Shown: positions 17,341 through 26,700 of the stretch, piece by piece
Layout of the letters: each line of letters opens with the position of its first letter
Numbering within the stretch: the stretch's first letter is position 1
Assembly (NCBI GenBank): GCA_038884715.1
Contig: JAWABG010000002.1
Coordinates: forward strand, 10,275 to 74,274
DNA: 64,000 bases
Origin: Candidatus Woesearchaeota archaeon
GTDB taxonomy: Archaea; Nanobdellota; Nanobdellia; Woesearchaeales; UBA9642
Reading direction: 5' to 3'
Made by a program: the position numbers and the translations under genes
The notes under the pieces: model-generated
What the model was told of the DNA's origin: nothing
The model's input: only the letters and a program-made list of their open reading frames with translations
Database searches by the model: none

Positions 17341-18387
17341 ATGTTTATGTATAAAATAAAGACAATTCCTGAAGATTTCTTGGTTAAAGAATTAAAAAAT
17401 ATTGTTTTTAGTAAAACTAAGAATAAAGAAAACCCATTTACTATTTTTTTACTTAAAAAGAAAAATTTGTCCACAGAAGAAGCAGTTTTATTAATATCCA
17501 AAAATTTGGTAATTAAAAGAAAATACATTGGTTATGCAGGAATTAAAGATAAGCGGGCCATAACAAAACAATTTATATCTGTTTTTAAGTATGATTCTGA
17601 AAAAATAAAAAATCTTAATATTCCTAATATACATTTGAAATTAGTCGGTTACTTAAATAAGCCAATTTCTATCGGTGATTTAAAAGGGAACAGCTTTCAC
17701 ATTGTTGTAAGGAATCTGATTATGTCCGATATAAAAAAATTCAAATCAAATTATAAAAAACTCAAAAGCAATAAATATTTTCTGCCGAATTATTTTGATG
17801 AGCAAAGATTCTCAAGAAAAAATGTTGAGATTGGAAAATTATTATTGAAAAAGAATTTCAAAAAAGCTGCAGAAACAATTTTAGAAAATGAGGTATCGCC
17901 TCAGCTAAAGATTACTGGAAATAATTACATAGATATAATAAAAAAGGTACCTAAAAAAATATTGTCTTTGTATATTCATTCATTTCAGTCATATGTATTC
18001 AATGAGACACTTAAAATTCTTCTCCATAATAAAAAAGGGAGAAAAATAAGTTATTCATACGGGGAATTTATATTTCCCGATAAAAAATTTCTTAATTTTA
18101 ATGTGCCAATTGTAGGATTCGGTACTGAACTTAAAGGGAAAATTAAAAACATTATCTTAAAAATATTAAAAGATGAAGAAGTTGAGTTAACTGATTTTAT
18201 AATTAGACAGCTTCCTGAGCAAACTGCATATGGTTTTAAAAGAAAGGCATTTTTTAAGGTAAAAAAATTAAGTTTTTCTGATATTTATGATGATGATTTA
18301 TATGAAAAAAAGAAAAAGATTAAAATAAATTTTATATTAGATAAGGGCAGCTACGCTACCATTGTAATAAAATATTTATTTTCATAG
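17341..18387 (+). CDS. truD: tRNA pseudouridine synthase TruD/Pus7 family
   Basis: Catalytic motif GYAGIKDKRAITKQ, plus the N-terminus PEDFLVKE. Confidence 0.8.
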   Translation: MFMYKIKTIPEDFLVKELKNIVFSKTKNKENPFTIFLLKKKNLSTEEAVLLISKNLVIKRKYIGYAGIKDKRAITKQFISVFKYDSEKIKNLNIPNIHLKLVGYLNKPISIGDLKGNSFHIVVRNLIMSDIKKFKSNYKKLKSNKYFLPNYFDEQRFSRKNVEIGKLLLKKNFKKAAETILENEVSPQLKITGNNYIDIIKKVPKKILSLYIHSFQSYVFNETLKILLHNKKGRKISYSYGEFIFPDKKFLNFNVPIVGFGTELKGKIKNIILKILKDEEVELTDFIIRQLPEQTAYGFKRKAFFKVKKLSFSDIYDDDLYEKKKKIKINFILDKGSYATIVIKYLFS

Positions 18388-18442
18388 AATCAAATTTTTA
18401 TAATGGACTGCAGTTGTTATGAATATAGAATTTTTTTACTGT

Positions 18443-19072
18443 TTAACCTGTGTTATCTATCTCATTGATTATTGATTTAAACACTTCGTCAATACTCTGT
18501 GTAGCGTCAATCTCAATTAAAAGACCCTCATTCCTATAATAATCTTTTAAAGGTGTTGTTTGTTCGTTATAAATCTTAAGCCTTTTTTTTATTGCCTCCG
18601 GTTTGTCATCTTCTCTTTGCAAAAGTTTACCTTCACATTTATCACAGATTCCTTTAACTTTTGGTTTTATTGATATTACGTTGTAACTTTCGCCGCATTT
18701 ACTACAAAGCCGTCTGCTAGCTATTCTATTTATTGCCTCCTCTTCAGATAATTCAAGATCAATAACAAAATCAATCTTTGCTATTTTATCTAAGAATTTT
18801 GCCTGCTCGATATTTCTTGGGTATCCATCTAAAATAAATCCATTTTTTGTTTTTTCAAGTCTCTCCTTAATAACTTGATTTGTGATATCGTCAGGTACAA
18901 GGTTTCCTGATTGCATTATTTCTTCTATTTCTTTACCAAGATCAGTTTTATTTTTTATATTTTCTCTAAAAATATCTCCAGTTGAAATATGATGTAAGCC
19001 ATACTTTTCCGCTATTCTAATGGCTTGTGTTCCTTTTCCTGATCCCTGCGGGCCTAAAATAATGATGTTCAT
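18443..19072 (-). CDS. adk: Adenylate kinase, long bacterial-type with a zinc lid
   Basis: P-loop ILGPQGSGKGTQA and lid CSKCGESY...CDKCEG. Confidence 0.9.
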   Translation of the reverse strand: MNIIILGPQGSGKGTQAIRIAEKYGLHHISTGDIFRENIKNKTDLGKEIEEIMQSGNLVPDDITNQVIKERLEKTKNGFILDGYPRNIEQAKFLDKIAKIDFVIDLELSEEEAINRIASRRLCSKCGESYNVISIKPKVKGICDKCEGKLLQREDDKPEAIKKRLKIYNEQTTPLKDYYRNEGLLIEIDATQSIDEVFKSIINEIDNTG

Positions 19073-19154
19073 TTTTCCAATTTATTTGAATGTTGAATAT
19101 TTATTTGTATTTTTATATTTTTCCTCTTAAATATATTAAATGTGTGCTGTTTTA

Positions 19155-19619
19155 TTATCCAAAATATTTTTTGTATTCATCCATTGAACCAATATCGCTG
19201 CTACTATTCCATGACTCCTTAATTTTTTTTATTATAATTATGGTTTGGTTTTTCATGCTTTCCCATTCGCAGGTTATCTTCTCGAGTATTTTTTTAATAT
19301 CCTCCACATTATTCTTAAGAAGTGCCTCAATTATAGCTCTTTGATAATACATAAACTTTCTATATATTAATACTATTTCTTTTTTTTCTTTTTCATTTAA
19401 AAAGCTATATTCATGGATTGCGGAATAGTTGTTCTCAGGCTGTAGTACTGCTTCAAGAATTTTTGAAATATTCTCCATTCTTTCAAGAATTCGTCTTAAT
19501 CCTTCTTTTAAAGGATTTTTCATATCTTTATTGTAATAGAAATCAAATTCATTTTCCAGAAAATTAAAATACATAATTCTAGTTTCATTAATTTTTTTTG
19601 ATTTTTTTCTCATTCTCAA
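19155..19619 (-). CDS. Hypothetical helical protein
   Basis: 154-aa ORF with no motif I recognise. Confidence 0.35.
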   Translation of the reverse strand: MRMRKKSKKINETRIMYFNFLENEFDFYYNKDMKNPLKEGLRRILERMENISKILEAVLQPENNYSAIHEYSFLNEKEKKEIVLIYRKFMYYQRAIIEALLKNNVEDIKKILEKITCEWESMKNQTIIIIKKIKESWNSSSDIGSMDEYKKYFG

Positions 19620-19897
19620 CGTAAATGGTCATTACTTTTTAAAATTTATGGTAAATTCTCTTTATTTCAAATTTCTAAGAATCTTGATACTGGCGATTTT
19701 TATATAATTTTTTATGTACATTTAATTTATACTTTATATTATTTTATGATTTTAGGATTTCTGATATGGTTGTGTGTTTTTATATTCATATATTAATAAA
19801 TATTAATGATTAGTTTATCTAAGTATTACAAATGAAATACAAAAAGAATACAAAATAATGAAAAAATTTATAAACAACAAACAAAAAGAATATTTTT

Positions 19898-19922
19898 AGA
19901 TTACATTTTAATAAGATTACAT
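19898..19922 (+). promoter_or_regulatory. Direct repeat agattacat x2 (16-bp register), candidate RHH operator
   Basis: Copies at 19898-19906 and 19914-19922, 36-60 bp upstream of the first RHH gene. Confidence 0.3.
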
Positions 19923-19957
19923 ATGGGTATTTTAACAAAATTTAATGAACCAGTCTT

Positions 19958-20140
19958 ATGTTGAAAATGAATAAATCCTCAAACAATATTGAAATAACTA
20001 CAGTCAGAATACCTAAAGAAGTAACAAACATTCTTGATTATTTAATTAAAATTGGATTATACAATTCTAGGAGTGAAGCAATCCGCGAATTTTTAAGAGA
20101 GTTTGTTAATGAATATTCCAGAAATCTGAAAGAAAAGTGA
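19958..20140 (+). CDS. Ribbon-helix-helix (CopG/Arc-type) DNA-binding protein
   Basis: ITTVRIPKEVTNILDYLIKIGLYNSRSEAIREFLREFV shows the beta-strand, helix, helix pattern. Confidence 0.7.
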   Translation: MLKMNKSSNNIEITTVRIPKEVTNILDYLIKIGLYNSRSEAIREFLREFVNEYSRNLKEK

Positions 20141-20147
20141 CAATAAA

Positions 20148-20465
20148 ATGAGAAATGAGACAATAGTAAGCATAAGACTTCCAAAATCCTTAGTTAAGGA
20201 ACTAAAAATTATTTCTGAAAAGGATCATTATAAAGATCTTAGTGAATTGATAAGGTATGTTGTTAGAAAAAGATCTTTGGATTATATTAAGGATTATATT
20301 AATTATGATTATATTAATTATATTAAGTTTGATGTAAGAAAAATAAAAGAAAATTTTTTCAAAAAACAAAAAGCTAAAGAAGAATATCAAGAAAAAGAAA
20401 AAAACAAAGAAAAGATATTAAGCGAATTAAAAAAAATTATAGAGGATTTAAAAAATGAATTATAA
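20148..20465 (+). CDS. Ribbon-helix-helix DNA-binding protein with a Lys/Glu-rich tail
   Basis: TIVSIRLPKSLVKELKIISEKDHYKDLSELIRYVVRK. The stop overlaps the next gene's start by 11 nt. Confidence 0.65.
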   Translation: MRNETIVSIRLPKSLVKELKIISEKDHYKDLSELIRYVVRKRSLDYIKDYINYDYINYIKFDVRKIKENFFKKQKAKEEYQEKEKNKEKILSELKKIIEDLKNEL

Positions 20466-23400
20466 AACTAGTGAAAAAATCAGCACTAAATCCAAATGTT
20501 TGTTGCTGGTCGCTGCAATGCTTATTTTATTTACATTTAATTTTGTAAGTGCAGTAAGTTTAGTTTCTCCTGTTAATGAAAGTTGGAAAAATACAACAGA
20601 AGTAATTTTTACTTTTATTCTTAGTGAGCAAGATTTGATCAACACTTCAGAGATAAGTATGATTATTAATCTGAGCGGTAATGGTTCTTCAAATCAGACT
20701 CGAGAAGAAATACTTAATGTGAGTGAACTTTTAAACCAAACAAGATGTACACTCAAGATAGATAATGCTAACATTACTACTACTATTTCAGTCTTAGGTC
20801 AGAATTCAATCTTTGCAAATTTAAGTGATGGAGCTCATAATTGGAAGATTAAGTGTGAGTTATCAGAGTCTGAAATTAGGGTAATTAATATTGACACGAT
20901 TCCACCATTCATATCTCTACTAAGTCCATTAAATAATAGTATTCTCGAAGTGTCAGGAATTACGTTAAATACTGATTTTGTGTTTGTTTCAGAAGACAAT
21001 TCACCAATACAGCAATGCAACATATATTTGTATTCTAATTTTATCAACATAACAGAATCACTTAATTATACTCAAACCCCCCAAATACATAAAGTTAACA
21101 ATATGCTCTTGGGTAATTACAGTTGGAAAGTAAGATGCAAAGATTATGTAGGAAATATGAGAACAAGCGATATATTTAATTTTAATATTGATCAAGTTCA
21201 GAATCCTAATTTTGACATTACATTTTCTAAACAGACTCTTAACATTGGAGAAGAAGGTAATATGATTATAAATGCAAATCCGAGTGCTCTTGTCCAATAT
21301 CTTCAGATAACTCCTCCGAGAGGAACAGCTTATATTTTGCCACCCATTTCAACTTTTCCATATATTCAAAAGCTTCCGCAAACAAACTATACAGGAATTT
21401 ACAATGTTTTTGGAATCATGATTTATAGAAACCAATTCTATAATATATCTAAGCAATACGAGATTGCTAACAATATGCAAATTCATATTTCTGGATTAAG
21501 AGATATTAATGCTTCAGAAACAATAACCTTGAATATGACTGCATCAGGAGGAATTGCTCCATATACGTACTATTGGATTGAGGAAAATTCAGACCATTCT
21601 AGAACAAATGGGCAAGTTTTTAGTAAAAAATATGATTCAGAAGGAAATTTCATTATTAATGCCGTTGTTCAAGATAGTTTCGGCAATAACAAAACCAGAT
21701 TAGTAACAATAGATGTAAATAAGTATTACAACTTAACCTTAATTGTTAAGGATACAAATAATAATCCATTAGAGGATGTATTAGTAATTGTGGATGATAA
21801 TGCAAATCGAACAGAAACTCATGGAAAAGTAAGCTTATTGCTTAAAGCAGGAGAATATAAAATTACGGCCACAAAAGACGGATATTTGACAAATACCACC
21901 GAGATAAATATCTCATCTAACAAAGAAATCGTACTAACACTTATAAAAAATGATATACTGAAACCACTAATTACATTAGAGACATCAGAGAACGCTTCCT
22001 TTGCTGGCGAGGCAATGCTTATTTTTAGTGTTAGCCATAATAAAAAGATTGACTGCACTCTATTAATAAATCAAAACGAGTTATCTTTTGAAAAAAAATC
22101 CACAATATCTGATGTTAATACAAGCAAAAAGCAATCATTTATTCTGAATCTTCCTGCAGGAACATATAATTGGAAAATACAATGCACAGATTCCTCAGGC
22201 ATAATTGGCGAGTCATCTGAAAGAACATTTTTTGTTTCTATTAATTCAAAAACAAACGAAAAGTTTCCCATTCAAAGCACTATTCCGACTAATGATTTTG
22301 CAGATTTTTTATCAATGCTAGAAAATTCTTTAACTTCTTATGAACACTACTCGAAAGAGCAAAAAGAGGTTGCTGAATTATTCAAGTTCAATACAAATAT
22401 TAATAATGCAATAAATGCAATAGAACGGGCAAGAATAGACATTGCAAACATTAATAGAATGGGTGCATTAAGTGATGAGCAGAGGTTAGATAAAATCAGG
22501 GAGATTAAAGAACGAATAGATTCCATATTAAAAGAGACATTACTTGATGTTCAAGTATCAGATACAACAGCGTTTATAAAATATCCTGAAAATAAAAATG
22601 TAGAGAAAATTTTGGATGAGTATTATACTGCCAAAAATTATAAATTAAATAAGAATGCTTTTATTTCAGCAAACAAGAAAATTCAGTCAAAATTACTGAC
22701 AACAACCAAAGTCTATATTGTGAATCTTGAATTGTTTAATAATAGTAAAAAAATAACGTTAGTATTAAGGGAATTAAAATTTGATGATGCCTCAACATAT
22801 AATGTAATAGAATATATTCCCAAGAGTCTTGCAGAGTCAGGTTCTGAAATAACTCTGGTGACTGCCGGAACAATAGTTAAAGACGATCCAATAATAGAGT
22901 ATGACAATATAGGAAATAATGATAATATGGGAGATAACACAGATCAGAATAATAAAATTTTCAAAATTGTTTATTATTATCCAAAACCAATTATTGTTGA
23001 GGAGATAAAAAATTCAGATACATTAATAATTTCTCAAAATATAAAAAATTCAGCCATTACTGGTTTTTCAATCCTAAGCAATATTAATATTAGGTTTAAA
23101 AAAATAGTCTATTTTTTAATTCCAGGAATAATTATTGCAGTGATATTATTGATAACTCTTAAAATTCCTCAAAAAGTGTTTCAACCGAGCAATCAAAATT
23201 TTGGAAATACAAAAATCTTTCCTTTAAAAAGCTCAACTAATGAGAAATTGAATTTAGTTATAATGATTAATGAGGCAAAGGATTTAATTTCTCACGGCAG
23301 AATTGATGATGCTACAAAAAAATATAATGCGATTCATCTTCACTACACTAATTCTTCTGAAAAAATCAAAAAAGAATTCCTTAATGATATATTGATAGTT

Positions 23401-23622
23401 TATTCAACTATTATGACGTCGATGGTGAATAGTCTAATCGACAACTGTTATTCGTGTTTGGAAAAAAACATGATTGAAGACGCAATAAAGATATATGAAC
23501 AGATTAGCCAACAATATATTCTTTTGACTGATGATCTTAAGAATCAATACTATGCCAGGTTATCTAATCTTGCAGAAAAGATAAATTTTCACCAACTTAT
23601 GTATGGAAAAAGACATGATTAA
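20455..23622 (+). CDS. Large type-I surface protein: Ig-like repeats, PKD and CarboxypepD_reg-like domains, TM helix, cytoplasmic TPR-like tail
   Basis: Signal/TM helix (CLLLVAAMLILFTFNFVSA). Repeated motif HNWKIKC / YSWKVRCKDYVGN / YNWKIQCTDSSG. PKD-like TASGGIAPYTYYW...VVQDSFGN. CarboxypepD_reg-like LIVKDTNNNPLEDVLVIVDD...YKITATKDGY. TM helix VYFLIPGIIIAVILLITL, followed by a helical tail. Confidence 0.65.
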   Translation: MNYKTSEKISTKSKCLLLVAAMLILFTFNFVSAVSLVSPVNESWKNTTEVIFTFILSEQDLINTSEISMIINLSGNGSSNQTREEILNVSELLNQTRCTLKIDNANITTTISVLGQNSIFANLSDGAHNWKIKCELSESEIRVINIDTIPPFISLLSPLNNSILEVSGITLNTDFVFVSEDNSPIQQCNIYLYSNFINITESLNYTQTPQIHKVNNMLLGNYSWKVRCKDYVGNMRTSDIFNFNIDQVQNPNFDITFSKQTLNIGEEGNMIINANPSALVQYLQITPPRGTAYILPPISTFPYIQKLPQTNYTGIYNVFGIMIYRNQFYNISKQYEIANNMQIHISGLRDINASETITLNMTASGGIAPYTYYWIEENSDHSRTNGQVFSKKYDSEGNFIINAVVQDSFGNNKTRLVTIDVNKYYNLTLIVKDTNNNPLEDVLVIVDDNANRTETHGKVSLLLKAGEYKITATKDGYLTNTTEINISSNKEIVLTLIKNDILKPLITLETSENASFAGEAMLIFSVSHNKKIDCTLLINQNELSFEKKSTISDVNTSKKQSFILNLPAGTYNWKIQCTDSSGIIGESSERTFFVSINSKTNEKFPIQSTIPTNDFADFLSMLENSLTSYEHYSKEQKEVAELFKFNTNINNAINAIERARIDIANINRMGALSDEQRLDKIREIKERIDSILKETLLDVQVSDTTAFIKYPENKNVEKILDEYYTAKNYKLNKNAFISANKKIQSKLLTTTKVYIVNLELFNNSKKITLVLRELKFDDASTYNVIEYIPKSLAESGSEITLVTAGTIVKDDPIIEYDNIGNNDNMGDNTDQNNKIFKIVYYYPKPIIVEEIKNSDTLIISQNIKNSAITGFSILSNINIRFKKIVYFLIPGIIIAVILLITLKIPQKVFQPSNQNFGNTKIFPLKSSTNEKLNLVIMINEAKDLISHGRIDDATKKYNAIHLHYTNSSEKIKKEFLNDILIVYSTIMTSMVNSLIDNCYSCLEKNMIEDAIKIYEQISQQYILLTDDLKNQYYARLSNLAEKINFHQLMYGKRHD

Positions 23623-23726
23623 ATCCCGCTCATTAATATGGATATCGTCAAAAAATTTACAATATGACAAACTAATACAAAAAATCAAATGAAAAAACAA
23701 AAGAAAAAACTCGGCAAGAATTTCAA

Positions 23727-26700
23727 ATGACTAATAAAAAACTTTTTCGAAATGATCTGATTATAATTTGTTTATTAATAGTTTTAGCTCTTGCAGGTTT
23801 AATCTATTTTGTGAATTATACAGGATATGCCTCGCTTGAGAGTAGAGGAGGAACCATAACAGAAATAAAGATAGCAAATATTCTTGGAAATCCGGAGTAC
23901 TGGTCGGGAGTTCATGGCGTTGCTGTTCTTGTGCCAGAATATAATTTACCGTTTAGTTTGGATGTTTACGCTAATAAAATTCATTTAGGTATTTTTCTTT
24001 TTGAGTGCTTTCAAAGAAGAATACCTCACGAATTGTATGCGAGTTTAGTTAATTCTACTGATTTGGACTGGGATACACTTCAGCCAGCAACTCCTGAAGA
24101 TGTCGATGCGTTCTTGGGGATAAATTCAACAAACAGCAATGTTTCTGCAACAATTATGTTTAGAGACAATATGACTGTTCAAATCGGAAATAGAACTTTT
24201 GTAGTTCCCTCACTATATACTCGTAAGCTTGATGAAAATGAGCCTCACACTTATGATACTGGCATAATGAAAGACGGTAATGGTAATTTGGTTTTTGTAA
24301 GCCATATTTATCTATACAATATGTCCTTATGTTATTATGGTGGTTTGTGTAATTATCAAATGCTTCTTCCAGTAAGAAATTGTACATATCTGATTAATGA
24401 AACTACTGATTGTTTTACTAATCCAACAAATTATAAAGGTTATGAGCATTATTATTTTTTTAATGATCCTACTGACTATTGTCCTAGAGGAGAAAATCCG
24501 TTTCTTGATTATGGAAATATTTCTGGGAATGTTACAGATGCATCTGGCAATCCACTTAATGACGTGCTTATAGTTGTTGGAGAGTATGGAGCAATGAGCA
24601 ATATTTCAAATCCTATAAGCCATTATCATATCAGAATGCCGGTAGGCGAATATTATATCTTTGCTGTAAAATCAGGATATCAAACCTACCTTAATAAGGT
24701 TAATATTACTTTTGAAAATATGACTTTTCATAATATTATTATGCAGCTAATGCCTATACCGAATTACAATTATAATACTCAGACACATGATTTTGATTAT
24801 GAATATGAGATTAAACCCGAAATTCAGATGCCTGCAAGAATTGAGGGGCAAGACTTTATTATATCTATAAGCTCAATAAATAAAACAATAAGAATGGGTG
24901 AGTTTATTCAAGAGGTTATAAATTTTCAAAACCTTAAGAATAGGACAATAACTGTGAATATCGAGATAAATGGAGCAGTCAAGGATTTGATTCAATTTGA
25001 TAACAAAAGGTTAGTTATTCCACCCGGAGAAACTCTTCCTTTAGTTCTAACAATATTTGGTAAAAAAGAGCCTGGTGTCTATGATGGTTATCTTAATGTG
25101 TCGGGTGATATTAATATATTGATTCCAATAACTATTACAATTGTAAAAGACAGACTTCCTGTTGAGGCATTGCTTTTGGATGTTGAGGTTTATAATAAAG
25201 TAGTTAATATAGGAGACAAAGTACAATTTAGGACGAAATTAAATAATATGCTTACAGCAATACCCTATCCTGTATCTCTAAAATTTACAATTCAAAACAA
25301 ACAAGGAAATGAAACATACTGGTATGATACAGCAAATATTAACTTAATAACTTCTTTTTCAATATTTAAAGAAGTGAAAATACTTGACAGAATGAAGCCA
25401 GGAGATTATGTTGTCAGGGTAACTGCAGAGTATCTTGACTTGTCCTCAAGCGCGAGCGACAGCTTTCAAGTTGTAATACCAGTTTACATGTTTAATATAT
25501 TAGGATTTCCTGTATGGAAATGGTTGCTACTACTCCTTATGTTGTTACTGGCTTATTTAACATATAGATTAATCAAGAAATATATAAGATCTAAAAAGAA
25601 ATATGATGTGCCCATTGATATTAGTTCATTACCTAAAAAAGATAAGAACGCCTTGTATGTTGGTTTACTTGCTGAAACAAAAATTAAAGCTTATTTGAAT
25701 ATTGATAACCTGACTACCCACATGATAGTGGCGGGTTCTACAGGTGGAGGTAAATCATTTAGTGTGCAAGTTATTGTTGAAGAGGTCCTACAAAAAAGAA
25801 AATCAGTTTTGGTCTTTGATCCAACAGGCCAGTGGACGGGATTCTTAAAAAAATTGACAGATAAAACCTTACTAAGAAAATATCCTGAGTTTGATATGGA
25901 TAAAAATATGGCAAAAGGCTCAGATGGAAACATTAAATTAATTAACAATCCATATGAGGAGATTGACCTTAAAAAATTTATTAAGCCAGGTGAAATACAA
26001 ATATTTGTTCTGAATAGGTTGCGGCCAGAAGAAATTGATATTTTTATAGGTAACACGATAATGCAGGTTTTTAATCAGAAATTTGAGGAGTCAAGAGAAT
26101 TAAAAACTCTTCTAGTTTATGATGAGGTCCACAGATTGCTTCCAAAATTTGGAGGAAGTGGTGTTGGATTGTTGCAGCTTGAAAGAGGGTGTAGAGAATT
26201 TAGAAAATGGGGTATAGGATTAGTAATGATTTCTCAAGTACTAGGTGACTTTGTTGAAGAAATCAGGGCGAATATTGGTACAGAGATTCAGATGCGTACT
26301 AGAGATGAAAATGATCTACAAAGAATAAAGGAAAAATATTCAGATATTTTCGAGAAAGCTCTTCTTAGATCTGTCGTCGGAACAGGTATGATTCAGAATG
26401 CAGAATATAATAATGGAAGGCCTTACTATATAACATTTAGACCAATCATGCATAGTATTCAAAAACTTTCAGAGGAAGAATTAAACAAGTATTCAGAATT
26501 AAATGATACTTTGTTAGATATCGAATATCAAATTGAGCAGTTAGAGAAAGAGAAGCAGGATATATTTGACTTGCAGCTCGAATTAAGACTTGCATATGAT
26601 AAACTAAGGACTGGAGCATTTAGTATAGTAGAGGTTTATCTTGAGGGTCTCATTCCTAAAATTGATAATATTTGGAAAAAGTTAGGTAAGAAGCCATTAA

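Noticed and set aside
18443-19072. Bacterial-type adenylate kinase as evidence of horizontal transfer
   Set aside because: It is plausible, but this cannot be judged without a phylogeny. As far as I recall, several archaeal lineages carry this type.
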